DNA from: a virus
Lineage: Duplodnaviria > Caudoviricetes
Direction: 5' to 3' (one strand)
Virus record (IMG/VR): IMGVR_UViG_3300031974_003381
Location: 1 to 53,628 of that record
DNA: 53,628 bases
The stretch's first letter is position 1, and each line of letters begins with the position of its first letter. The notes under the pieces are model-generated. The model worked only from the letters and a program-made list of their open reading frames with translations, made no database searches and was not told the origin of the DNA. Below are positions 37,401 through 46,135 of the stretch, piece after piece. Position numbers and translations under genes: made by a program.

Positions 37401-40400
37401 TCGGTCCACGCCCATGACGGCAGCAAACCTATTTTTTGTTCGGCGAAGATCGTGTCTTCTAAACTCGCCGTTCTGTTCTGCTCTCCATACGGACCGTAGT
37501 TCAGCCAGCTGTTTTGTCCGCGCGTCTCCGAAGTCATGGCAGCTACTGCGCCACCAAAATACAACTGGACGTGCGCTTGCCACGCGTTCTCTTCACCACG
37601 CGCCCTAAACCCAGAACCTTCAAGACCGTGCCCCATTGCGTCGTGCACAGCGCGGAAGATGTCGTTGTATGTCACTGGCTGCTGAACGCCTGCCTGATCC
37701 GGCCACGTCAGCCCGCTGTCTTCCAGCATTGGGTTGTCGGCAATGTCGCTGTCCGTTATGCCTTCTGTTCCGTAGCCATCCGACGTAGCAAAGACTGCCA
37801 TCGTTTTGGTTGCGCGCAGGTCGCGCATCGCGTTCCACGGATTACCTTCATAAGGATCTGAGTGTCTGTCGAAAAACGTAAACGAATATCCTGCTGCGAC
37901 AAGAGCGTCGTATTGGGCTTTGGTCTGCTCAATCAACGCTTGATATGCCGCAGCAGTTTCTGGATCCTGCGGATCGTGTTTCATTTCTTCGTAGGCTTGC
38001 GCTATCCGCTGCGCAAGGTCGACGTCTACTCCGGCGAACGCGGCTTGTCTGCCGACGGGGATACCGTTTGCTCGGGCGTATTCGTCTGCGACTGCGACGA
38101 TCTCTGGGATCGGGCCCGCGAAGTTTGGGACTGCTGGCGCACCTTCAAGGCGCGCAAGGCGAGGTATCCGTGGCTGTCTTCTTCCGTCTCCGGTGCGTTC
38201 GGGTCCCACTCCGTCTTGGCCGAGGATGTTTTCAGTCTCTGGTCCGGCTGCATCGGTAGGGTTTGCCCAATCGATCGGCGCAGCAGTTCCTCCGCTTTTG
38301 ATTGCTTCGTCATATTCATTTCTCTCTTCTTCTGTCAGCGCGTCATGCCACGGACGCGATGTGCCAAACTCTGTACCACGCTTGCGCGCTTTTGACGATA
38401 GCTTGCTGAGCGCCTTGCGCGTAGGAGACTTGCTGTCGGCCATCACACTGTGCGGGAGTAGGTATGCGGTTGGGGCGTCAGCGTCTGTTACAGGCTGCAA
38501 CATTTCTACCAAGATGGCGGGCTTACCGTCCTCCATAACGGTGTACCGAAATCCGTAGTCGTACGATCCATACTTGCCCTGACGAACATACGCGCCGACG
38601 TATGGCGCGGCCGCTCCCTGCGCTTCGCGAAACAATCCTTCGACCGACGCGTGGCCCACTTCCTGATCGCTAGCGGCAAGCCAGCTGTCCCAATGGTAAC
38701 GACCTAGCGATCCTTCCATGCCCATGTTTGCGTAGGCTTGTTCGACAATGGGCTGGAGTGCACGCTCCATTGCTTCATAAAAGAACAGACCGATGTGGCC
38801 TTTGCCAAACTCTTGCAGCCCTGTGCCCGTCAGGGCTTTGCCGTTTTCGTCTTTAAGATTGTCATACAGGTTTTCATCACCAAAACGACCATCGTTAAAC
38901 TGGTTCCGTATCTGCACCCTATCAAGTATGAGAACATCTGTTCGTCCGACCAACAACATCATGAACGAGAACACTTTGTTGTCGATGCCGGAGCCCGCGC
39001 CCAATCGCAGAAACTCACGCCGAATGATGTATGAAGGAACGCCACTAGCCAGCATGTCATGAATGATTTGAACGTGCGTCTTACCGTTTTCCTTTTGCAT
39101 CATGACAGGCAGGAAGAAATCTCCGAACGCGTTTAGGTTCAAGATTGCACTACGTCCGCCGCTGCCTTTAGGAATTGCTTGCGATGCCCAGTCCTTAAAA
39201 CGCACAGCCAGATCGTCCGACCAACCGCGTTCAAGCCCCTCCGTCAAAATAGCATTGAATTCTGGATCACTGATCGTGTCCAGAAACGCACTCTCCTGAA
39301 AGTACGGCGTTATCCGTCGGGACAGCATGGACCAATAGAAAGCCTTCAGGGTGATGATTGGATCGACCTGTCCAGATGCGTACAGCTCGCCAAACTCTTT
39401 TGCCGTTTGCAGCCCTGCCTCAGCATCGCGACGCATACCTTCCGACAGCGTACCCAACTCGCGCTCGACAGCAGCTGATCCTTCTTTAACAATGGCCAGT
39501 GTTCGCCACGGTGGCATGGGTACACGCGTGTTGGAAAAGGCGTCGTTGCCATACGCCACCCATTCTTCCAGACTGTTTAATGGCGTGCGGTGGCGAACCA
39601 GCAAAGCATCTAACGCTTCCGATTGCTTTGCGGCATTGGTCGCGTTCGTCGTCCCCGTAATCAACGAGGAGCCTTTCACCATCTTTGGCGCGGTGGCGCT
39701 ATTGTTCTCCACTGTAAACCGCTCAACCACTCCAGCCACAACGGTTTTTGCGCCGGCCTTTGTCTTGCGCGGCGGCTCCCGATCCGCCAGCCGTTCGACT
39801 GGGCTCTTGTCCTGTTGGCCCAAGATGTTTGCAGTGGCAGGATCATTGAACGCGGCGAAGATGGACCGGATATTTTCCGGCTCGAACACAATGACAATGT
39901 CTCCATCCGGTCCTATAAACCCACCGCGTTGCTTACGTCCTGCGAAACCCATGTCGCGGGCCATTTCGCTTTTGACCTTTTCGTACGTGTCATACGAAAA
40001 CTCTCCCGCGTCAGCCAGTGCTTGGACACGGTCTGCAAAATCTTTAGCCATTGCAGGTTCCGACAACATGGCATCAAGCTCTTCGTTGTCGATAATCGCA
40101 CCGCGTACATACAGCGGGTAAAGCGTGCCTCTACGGCCCGCATAATTTTGAGCATATGCGGACACATCACTCATGTAGACGCCACGCCCCATTGCACCAT
40201 GTCGGCTTGGCCGGAACTCCGTGATCGTACTGACCGGAGACCCGTGATAGTAAACGGTTGCCGTGTCGAAGCCCATCTGATCAGCGCGTTCGATTGCAGC
40301 GTTCCGCAGAACCGTCTGCGTGTGCGTCAGCTCAACCTTGCCATCTTCGTCAAGGGTAACGCCATTCTGTTTGACGATGTTGGCGACAGGATCGCCAGCC

Positions 40401-43222
40401 GGCAACGCCGGATCGAAGATCGATATGACTGCGTCTTGGTCAAAGATCACGACCTCGGCGCCGTACCGGTACTTGGCCATGCTGCCGAGTAGTACGTCTT
40501 CGTCTCCCTCTTCATACTCTGGATGCCAGATCGCGTGTGTGTAGCCCTGCTCCTTCAATGCGGCGACGGCTTTTTCATCATAGCCTAACTGCATTATTGC
40601 TGTTTCGTCCGATACCCACAACGGTTTACCGCGCTTCAAGAACACGGGATACAACGCGGGGTCACCTGCCTGACTGGTGTCAAATATGGCCCGTAGGTCC
40701 CAGCTTAATTCGAACAACTGCTCGTTCAGCTGCTCGTACCCTTCGGTAATTGCGCGGATGTTATGCGTGCGATTTTCGAATTCCTTCCATCTTTCGCGCG
40801 CCTGACCTTGCAGCCTGTCAAACGCTTGGCGTTCGTCCGGCAGTAATTGATCAGGGTGCAAAATAATTTCTGCGTTGCGATACTCGATCAACGCCTGCTC
40901 ACGCATACTCCATACGGGCGGCACTGCCGGTGAAGCGGGCACTATGTTTGAAGCGCCGAACGATACCACGTTGTCAACTATCTCAATCTGTTTTGCTGTG
41001 TTGTTCCACCTGAAGACTGGCAAGCCGCTTCGTCCGAATTTTTCCATGATAAACAGAAAGTCGCCTTTCGCCACTCTGGCCGATTGCGCAAAACGGTCTA
41101 GCAGATCAATCGATGGAAACGTGCTCAAAGCAAAGGGCAACGGCTCCACGCTATATCGCTGCACCTCCTCCTCCGGCATACTGTACTTTGGCAAAACTTC
41201 TTCGAGTAGCGGCCGGCTCATCATACGATCATTAGCAACTTGATCGATTGGCCGACCTTCCCGCTCAGCTTCAGTTAAGGCCAATATTTGCACACGATCT
41301 TTCAGGTCTGTCAGCTCGTCTGGATACGCATTCGCTAAATTTTCGGTGCGCCGCATATCTTTCAGCATATCGTTATACTGGCGTCTCAACTGAGCGATAT
41401 CGTCCTCAAACTCGCGATCGGGTCCGCGAAGCCTTTCAAGTTGGTCGATAACCGGCTGGTAATTTGCAGCCTTCCATTCCTCCAAACGCTTCTGCATCTG
41501 TGGAATGCTTTCCTCGAACAACAGATCGCTTTCAAGGTTCATGCTTAACGGACTGCCAGTCGGCTCACCGAATGCGTAATACGAAGCGTAAAACGGACTG
41601 TCGGTGTAGTATTCGAACAGCGCCTGATCAGGCCCGCGCACACTGGGGTCCGACCTGACGCCACGATACAGAACTGTGCTGGTGTCGTAGCCCATGTCTT
41701 CCATGCGCTTGTAACGCGCCTCACGCGCCAGCTCTTTCTGCCCCAGTATGTTGCTGGTGTTGGCGTCCTCGAAACGAGCAAAGGCGCCACGCACATTCTT
41801 GGGGTCGAAGATCGAAAACAACGACCCCATTTCATCAGTTAATTGGATGCCATCAAAACCTCTTTCGGCAAGAAGGTCCGCCACTTCTTGTTCAACATTT
41901 GCTGCGTCTGCTACGGCCTTTCCCACATTTTCGTAGCGGCGCCTGATGTCGGCTTCTGCGTCTTTAAGATCATTCTTGTCTGCTAATTTGCCTCTAACAA
42001 AAACTGGATAAATAACGCCAGTTTCACCAGCGTAATCCGTAGCCTCTTCAGCGCGTGAGGTGAGATAAACTCCAGCGCCGAGCACTCCTTCTGTGCTACG
42101 GCGAAATTGTGCTATGTCTGTGCTCTCAGTCCCATGATACAGCCTCGTACTTGTATCAAACCCCATCGCCTCCGCGCGTGCCAGTCGATCGCGCTCACCT
42201 TGCTGCCCCAGCTTGTTGCCGTTCCACTCGCCATCAGTCAGCCAGTTCATTGCGCGGCCGGTCTTGCTGGTGTCGAACTCCTCCGTGCTTTCGCGACGCA
42301 CCCTGCGCCGTATGCGCTCAGCTTCCTGCGTGAGGCGTGCCTCGTGCTCTTTGGTAAGCTTCGCCAGCATCTCTTCTGTCGCGCGCTCGCGAGCTTCTAT
42401 GAGCCGCTTAGCAACGTTCTGAGCCTGCTTCTCCGTCAGGATGCCTTTGGCCACCATCGCTTTGACACGCTCATCTGCCATAACGTCCAGCTCAGCAGCT
42501 GCTGCAGAACTGTGATCCTCCGCTTCGATCATGCGGTCGAACCAGTCTGTGACCTCGTCATTCATCAGTTCTTTGGCGCGTGAAATGCGCGGGTCATCTG
42601 CGGATCGGTAGATGCTGGTCATCCACCGCCGATAGTTACGCATCGCTTTTTTCTGACTGACGTTGTTGGTCTTGCCGCTGCGCAGGTACGTCTCGAACAT
42701 TTCTGCGAACGTCTCGTGGATCTCAATGCCTTCAGTGGTCAGTTCGCCGACCTGCTTGTCCGGCTCGAGGTACAGCGTGTCTGCAGTATGGAACAATGGC
42801 GCCACACGCTTGAAGCCAGTCATCTCCTTGATGTCGCCCAGTTGCTTCTCGGCCCACGCCTGCGCCTCTGCACCAAACGCACCTTTGGACATGCGGTCCA
42901 GCATGTCGAGATAGGCGTGCGCCATCTCATGGTTGACGGTCGACACGTCGGCCTTGCGGCCCAGCTCAAGCAACGGGCGCCGATCGGGAAACACCTGCAG
43001 CTGCCCACGCGTGTCGCTCTTTACCGTTGGCGTCACCTCAGCCGGTACGCCCATCTCTTGCAGCTTGGTGCGCAAATCGTTGAGGCTCTTTTCCGTCGAG
43101 CTGAGGTAGGCCTGCGTACCCAGAACCTCGTCACCAACTTCATCGATAAACCGACGCAGATCAGCTACGTCGGCTTCGGGTGGATTTACGCGTCGAACGC
43201 ATACGTCAAAACGATTTGCCAT
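31457..43222 (-). CDS. Giant polyvalent internal virion (ejection) protein, 3921 aa
   Basis: Uninterrupted ORF with an HEMAH zincin motif, three ART-like repeats, further globular domains and a helical C-terminal ejection-protein-like region. Confidence 0.85.
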   Translation of the reverse strand: MANRFDVCVRRVNPPEADVADLRRFIDEVGDEVLGTQAYLSSTEKSLNDLRTKLQEMGVPAEVTPTVKSDTRGQLQVFPDRRPLLELGRKADVSTVNHEMAHAYLDMLDRMSKGAFGAEAQAWAEKQLGDIKEMTGFKRVAPLFHTADTLYLEPDKQVGELTTEGIEIHETFAEMFETYLRSGKTNNVSQKKAMRNYRRWMTSIYRSADDPRISRAKELMNDEVTDWFDRMIEAEDHSSAAAAELDVMADERVKAMVAKGILTEKQAQNVAKRLIEARERATEEMLAKLTKEHEARLTQEAERIRRRVRRESTEEFDTSKTGRAMNWLTDGEWNGNKLGQQGERDRLARAEAMGFDTSTRLYHGTESTDIAQFRRSTEGVLGAGVYLTSRAEEATDYAGETGVIYPVFVRGKLADKNDLKDAEADIRRRYENVGKAVADAANVEQEVADLLAERGFDGIQLTDEMGSLFSIFDPKNVRGAFARFEDANTSNILGQKELAREARYKRMEDMGYDTSTVLYRGVRSDPSVRGPDQALFEYYTDSPFYASYYAFGEPTGSPLSMNLESDLLFEESIPQMQKRLEEWKAANYQPVIDQLERLRGPDREFEDDIAQLRRQYNDMLKDMRRTENLANAYPDELTDLKDRVQILALTEAEREGRPIDQVANDRMMSRPLLEEVLPKYSMPEEEVQRYSVEPLPFALSTFPSIDLLDRFAQSARVAKGDFLFIMEKFGRSGLPVFRWNNTAKQIEIVDNVVSFGASNIVPASPAVPPVWSMREQALIEYRNAEIILHPDQLLPDERQAFDRLQGQARERWKEFENRTHNIRAITEGYEQLNEQLFELSWDLRAIFDTSQAGDPALYPVFLKRGKPLWVSDETAIMQLGYDEKAVAALKEQGYTHAIWHPEYEEGDEDVLLGSMAKYRYGAEVVIFDQDAVISIFDPALPAGDPVANIVKQNGVTLDEDGKVELTHTQTVLRNAAIERADQMGFDTATVYYHGSPVSTITEFRPSRHGAMGRGVYMSDVSAYAQNYAGRRGTLYPLYVRGAIIDNEELDAMLSEPAMAKDFADRVQALADAGEFSYDTYEKVKSEMARDMGFAGRKQRGGFIGPDGDIVIVFEPENIRSIFAAFNDPATANILGQQDKSPVERLADREPPRKTKAGAKTVVAGVVERFTVENNSATAPKMVKGSSLITGTTNATNAAKQSEALDALLVRHRTPLNSLEEWVAYGNDAFSNTRVPMPPWRTLAIVKEGSAAVERELGTLSEGMRRDAEAGLQTAKEFGELYASGQVDPIITLKAFYWSMLSRRITPYFQESAFLDTISDPEFNAILTEGLERGWSDDLAVRFKDWASQAIPKGSGGRSAILNLNAFGDFFLPVMMQKENGKTHVQIIHDMLASGVPSYIIRREFLRLGAGSGIDNKVFSFMMLLVGRTDVLILDRVQIRNQFNDGRFGDENLYDNLKDENGKALTGTGLQEFGKGHIGLFFYEAMERALQPIVEQAYANMGMEGSLGRYHWDSWLAASDQEVGHASVEGLFREAQGAAAPYVGAYVRQGKYGSYDYGFRYTVMEDGKPAILVEMLQPVTDADAPTAYLLPHSVMADSKSPTRKALSKLSSKARKRGTEFGTSRPWHDALTEEERNEYDEAIKSGGTAAPIDWANPTDAAGPETENILGQDGVGPERTGDGRRQPRIPRLARLEGAPAVPNFAGPIPEIVAVADEYARANGIPVGRQAAFAGVDVDLAQRIAQAYEEMKHDPQDPETAAAYQALIEQTKAQYDALVAAGYSFTFFDRHSDPYEGNPWNAMRDLRATKTMAVFATSDGYGTEGITDSDIADNPMLEDSGLTWPDQAGVQQPVTYNDIFRAVHDAMGHGLEGSGFRARGEENAWQAHVQLYFGGAVAAMTSETRGQNSWLNYGPYGEQNRTASLEDTIFAEQKIGLLPSWAWTEGRQPFIEETAQEQAEEYPFVQEPKKKVKAYKLFRLDPKRPGELFPLFVQSKTPVPMGRWIGATSGVMDAQGRVKSSIGALKYRPGWHAGDVPAAPHIGAKLSSQSKGPDTRRPDQVWAEVELGDDVDWQSQANAGARRNKAGEIIASTADITDRIPEGGHYRYKTNPNMQGEWLIGGEMRVVRVLPDAEVEAINKEAGTADLPRRQPGQWLFQGNTREDKAMAQAMKMYKAKKTPEQIFEATRMMIISPHQKFDYSASWVLVEEDGSVQVWSDGGHRAPRKLRPVLQSGRELKSVLDTTDDDRLAVLVPDGFPDIPWHTTTPLNALQSAAIMVEAMAAGIPMPPDPFGHRPITQLTVERLQEKLGMESVYLSVSNLANEQQMAGVLEPTRERNLYVVHNTRDRALRFQDELGGFAGPSIAVSRTDIGEFESFGDISLIASPELLDDKDIHVFNADVYSPRQPKEQIVIEEKSVEALYERVRAELPDRYQRAPEHVTRFVSKPTTYNNESAIKRYGKTGLDDQSSMEFLLWGYREGLISEDAAEFRLPEMDKGFDSNIKLLARKAFDIADQGQAVIEARRPIVAIDNIWEMAKDRTSIMQIDDNIFFMEAWKNAYFDVALSKKLREAYAEETGLDSEQLMQNADYRRFITLAAYYQHVKNHGNIAHMRVQDRVRVALAHGTRKKKAGELLNSYLDYVDTQFASIERRSEVLVGFDADGNPVTKEYTLENVVEAMFLHGIRGGEGAFGGAGYVRGLVAEKLAGKEAVAKARQQIVSARQFHSLKSFADQAVGLFEREIKRILPEEVLNNRDPDDWINQLLLGNLDGVYASDRNTALMDLKRQITEMFFRMPTEYFEAKATRPVALQEFVAAVVPDDTEADILKMLRDAGLQVVKYGGKTDRITAIKKLQAKNVFFQNGPKYKNWGPIDPPDGLKPMRLSRQDLKNYPKHLVKALPRKIKLRMNDETLPETSVEQAAHMFGFANGTEMLEAFNGVGGDRGKAIANMTNSVMENEYPETQYDKEKLADMAADLANNEVRERQHEIEMIALSEAMGVQPALRLARVAADEALEKMTYNQLAGWRQWRAEADRLENKVAAAINEGEIEQAQRLKARAQLLREMYRKGEKALQRFESKRKEVISYTKGERFKRIVRAGNQYVEHLNGIIDRYRLKPETNRQSISIERFLSWVDRQLLDKDPLKLSDMKLDGVEDGGDPIAMMAEMEREQRLRDMAASMRGRSYRTMTLAEMEEVAAQASLVHSLAKTKDRLLTDRKNRTIARAAADVATQVRRKKGSVAAPSSDPLRGRFVDGVREILAGQRSLQSIAFEMDGAKSGGVVWNFIVRPLNEAISRKEQIRQEMMQRIVDALEERFGVSGINQLGKDKIGFRLSDENNTEVTRQMAISILLNAGTAKGRQRLADGRGIKPQDLQRIMELLTVDDVMFVQDMWDILESYFGDMDAAHRDIHGLPLKKEPPVPLATPFKDENGRQIILAGGYFPLVYDGRQSTATQQRQLNDAAMQEARKTGGSITAKTKVSAQKERADVVTLPVLLDFTSVVVRHVDQVSSEIGLTRALLDVARILTNEDVRRAIVEKYGRKTYDQIVSHIRETKEGPQILTTWEERALSGLRNNMSIMALGANLGTIFLQPAGLFQTMSLIGKRQTLKGMLMTYSGNGAKLKETAETAARQSLYMQQRMDTMNREVNDALARMQGRSNVVDKIAEYSLVPMQQLQFYMVDLPTWNGAFDLARSRGFDDVDASAIADQAVTDSQGSGQIQALAGTQRGGLVKKLLTNFLSVMFTIYNLGRAKMANRNHLSFNGFMANLNDLMLLSVLPTMYYMWIQYMRGQLPEDEEEWPSHFSNEMAKYFLGMNPTTNLLAQSLSPYGYSGPAGLAPIGVLGDAVAETGSFASQAVNRLLTGEEMDDDAMSDLLYALGRGFAAARGFPIFQAEKVVETGLATMTGEIEDLPTFGQSMMQGYDFEEGEPG

Positions 43223-43229
43223 GCGATTG

Positions 43230-43460
43230 TTATAGCTTCATGCGTCGGAACAAAGCTTCCAATATCATCGCCACCGCATCATCTTCCTCCGCAATGATCC
43301 GTTCACGCAGTCGCAGACTGTATGCGCGGTCGCTTGCCCCACCAGATGGCGTGACCTGCGGCGTTACCTGAACCTCCAGTGTCAGGTATCCGCGACTGGC
43401 CTTGGTGATAGTATCGGGCCCATCAACCAGTCCATCAGTTGCGACGGCTAACGGCGTCAT
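43230..43460 (-). CDS. Small protein with acidic-hydrophobic C-terminus
   Basis: 76 aa ending IIAEEDDAVAMILEALFRRMKL; ATGA overlap. Confidence 0.55.
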   Translation of the reverse strand: MTPLAVATDGLVDGPDTITKASRGYLTLEVQVTPQVTPSGGASDRAYSLRLRERIIAEEDDAVAMILEALFRRMKL

Positions 43461-43873
43461 GAGCGCTGCACAGTAGACGTTGTCGTGCCGTTACCAGCAA
43501 TGGATTGCGATATGTCTCCGGCGGTTCTGGATGATGTCGTGACGGTCATGGGGTTGGACGCGTCAAGACCTTGCAGCTGCCACAGCTCGAACGCTTTTAG
43601 GTCTGTGGTCTGATCGGTGATTTCCGCCGACCCATCCCACGCAATGCTGCCACTTCCATACAGCGTACCGCCAGAAAAGAATTGCACGATATACATGCCC
43701 GCTGTCGTCTGGGATGTCGGGAAGTTGCCGACGTATATCGCTGTGCTTCCGCTTTCACTGCAGCTGATGCCAGTAGATACCGACGTGCCAGAAGACGTCA
43801 GCACATTTGCTGTCATTGTCAGGCCGCTGTCCGCTGCAGGGTCTGCCACAAGAACCAGTTCGTTAGCCATCAA
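43457..43873 (-). CDS. Putative virion fibre-associated protein
   Basis: 138 aa, Ser/Thr-rich, with 'ELWQLQGLD..NPMTVT...RTAG.I.Q' C-terminus. Confidence 0.55.
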   Translation of the reverse strand: MMANELVLVADPAADSGLTMTANVLTSSGTSVSTGISCSESGSTAIYVGNFPTSQTTAGMYIVQFFSGGTLYGSGSIAWDGSAEITDQTTDLKAFELWQLQGLDASNPMTVTTSSRTAGDISQSIAGNGTTTSTVQRS

Positions 43874-46134
43874 TCGACCTCCAGTGTAACTGTAAACGTA
43901 TCTAACAGCGTGTTGCTGTCGCTTTGGTTATAGATGGACACCTGACCGTTGTCCGTTCTGTCGACCGTGTCCAGAAAAAACGCGATGGTGTCACCATTGC
44001 TGACGGTAAACGTAAACGCATCTGCCGTATCGATAGGTGTGGTCTGTGCCGTACCAACCAGTGTGCCATTCACACGTGGCCGGATGCTGTAAGCGTCACC
44101 GCCGCCGGTGGTCGCTTCGATGCGGAGTGTGATTGTGGCGTTGATGCCGGCAATGGTAATCGTGTTTGTGTTTGTAGTCCCCGAGCCGTTGACAACATTG
44201 ACGTTGTTCCACCAGCTCGTGTTGCTCGGTGTGACGTCCGCAGATGCCACTGTGGTCGACGTGTACGTGTCCATGACACCACCAATCGTCAGCATTGTGT
44301 CGGTGGACGTGCTGTTGCTGGCCGACGACGTGTGACGCACACTGAACGTGTCATTGTTTTGCGCGGTTCCGTCTGCGGACGTGTATGCCCCACCATTTTT
44401 GCTGTACGTCCCGCCAGTCACCGTCACTGTCGCTGAAGCACCTGCCGACATGCCAGAAACCGTGATTGTGTTGGACGTTTGCGTCGTGGAAACAGCAACG
44501 TCCGTTACGTCTGTAAACGTAAATGCATCTGGTGTGGTGTCCGTAGCGCCTTGCTTATACACGCCGTACATATCGGACAACGTGATCTCGCCTGTCGTCG
44601 GCACTGCTGCGTTCTCTGTAATGTCCGGCACGATACCACCGCCCCGATACAGATCGCCAAGCGATATGCTGCCAGTGTCACCGAAAAAGCTTTGCACACC
44701 GGCCAATGTTATCTGACCACTAGTCACCGGATACTGCTGGTTGCCAGTGCCGGTATCCTGCAACGTGTCTAGGTTTAGACCCAGAAATCCTGACCAGTTT
44801 GGCTGAACCTCAAACTGTCCGCCGTCCTCACCACCAGCCAGCTCTAACGTTTCAATTCCAATGTCGTCACCAGCACTGGCACCTATAAATCCAGCCACGT
44901 TACAGCTCCAGCCAAACGTATCCTGTGTGCCTTGATTGTTACGCGCATAGTTGCCGTGAAATATGTCAGTGTCTGCCGTACCGTTTACCGTTGGTGTGGC
45001 TTGCGCTGTCCAGCGTGACGATGTTCCCACCACCTCCTGCGCTGCGGATATATTAGCCGCCACAAATATGTCTGCCGCTACGGTCACATCCATTGCTGTG
45101 TCGGTCGAGCGTGTGAACGACGCAGCGTCATTAAATGTGATTGCTGCCGTGCGGCACAGCGCATGATCGACAGGCGTCGTTACGTTCAGGTCGACCCCGC
45201 CAGTGTTGTCAATCGTATGGAACCCTTCAGCGGTGCTGTTCAATTCCATAATGACCATAGCATGGTCGCCAAGCGTCGGCGTTGAACCGTCAACATCCGC
45301 GCCGCCCTGACCCGCAGCTACGCCATCACCACGATAACAGAACTGATCAACTGTTACGTTGGCCGTTGTTGTTTCGAACAGGTGAAAAAAGTTCCCCCCA
45401 TTGCTGTCGTCCGAGCCATTGCGGTAATACGCATAAGCCTTGCCGTAGTCGATCTTCGTGCTGCCGATCCGCCAGCCCATCCAGCGCTGCGTCCTGCCAC
45501 CACGCCCTTCATAATACTGCGAGCCAATGCACAAGTACCGCACATTATCTGCCGCACATGTTACAGCATTGCTGGCAAGTGTAATATTCGTGCCGTTAGT
45601 GCCAGTCCAGCCAGTGACCTGATTAGGTGTCGTGCCACCATACAGAGCCGAGCTGGTGCTAGTGTATATCCCAACGTCGTTGTAGTAAAACGGGATGACA
45701 TCAAACGTGGCGATGATCGTGCTGCCTGTCGCCGCGTCGGCGTCCCGCTTCCATTGAAACTGATATGTGCTGCTGGCTGACGGGTTATGCACGAACGCCC
45801 ATGTGTTGAAATACGCTCGGTCTTCTGACGTGTCTCGGCTGTAACCTGCGCCTGGCGAATTAACAAACGTGCCCGTACCGCTGGCCTGCACGATCTGGCC
45901 GATTGGATTGAACCTGCCGTTCGATGTGTCGTCTGTTTCAACACGCGCCATCAACAGGTAACCATCGGCAAGCCCAGTGCTGGGCAGGGTCAACGTCGAT
46001 GTGCTGGCAGTGAATGTGTATGCGCTGCTGTCGTTACGAACCTGCGTTCCGAACAGGTTGCTTGGTGCGCCAAACGTGGTGGTGCTTGGGATCGTCGCTA
46101 CGTTAGTGCCTCGCCATCTGCCCAGTGTCGCCAT
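43870..46134 (-). CDS. Large fibre-associated/adhesin-like structural protein
   Basis: ATG 46134. Thr/Gly-rich beta domains, DTTPDAFTFTD Ig-like module and an internal fibre-tip-adhesin-like motif. Confidence 0.65.
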   Translation of the reverse strand: MATLGRWRGTNVATIPSTTTFGAPSNLFGTQVRNDSSAYTFTASTSTLTLPSTGLADGYLLMARVETDDTSNGRFNPIGQIVQASGTGTFVNSPGAGYSRDTSEDRAYFNTWAFVHNPSASSTYQFQWKRDADAATGSTIIATFDVIPFYYNDVGIYTSTSSALYGGTTPNQVTGWTGTNGTNITLASNAVTCAADNVRYLCIGSQYYEGRGGRTQRWMGWRIGSTKIDYGKAYAYYRNGSDDSNGGNFFHLFETTTANVTVDQFCYRGDGVAAGQGGADVDGSTPTLGDHAMVIMELNSTAEGFHTIDNTGGVDLNVTTPVDHALCRTAAITFNDAASFTRSTDTAMDVTVAADIFVAANISAAQEVVGTSSRWTAQATPTVNGTADTDIFHGNYARNNQGTQDTFGWSCNVAGFIGASAGDDIGIETLELAGGEDGGQFEVQPNWSGFLGLNLDTLQDTGTGNQQYPVTSGQITLAGVQSFFGDTGSISLGDLYRGGGIVPDITENAAVPTTGEITLSDMYGVYKQGATDTTPDAFTFTDVTDVAVSTTQTSNTITVSGMSAGASATVTVTGGTYSKNGGAYTSADGTAQNNDTFSVRHTSSASNSTSTDTMLTIGGVMDTYTSTTVASADVTPSNTSWWNNVNVVNGSGTTNTNTITIAGINATITLRIEATTGGGDAYSIRPRVNGTLVGTAQTTPIDTADAFTFTVSNGDTIAFFLDTVDRTDNGQVSIYNQSDSNTLLDTFTVTLEVD

Positions 46135-46135
46135 G

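Noticed and set aside
31457-43222. Virion RNA polymerase (N4-like) or inteins explaining the giant ORF
   Set aside because: I recognised no RNAP catalytic motifs and no intein splice or LAGLIDADG motifs; the domains fit a polyvalent protein.
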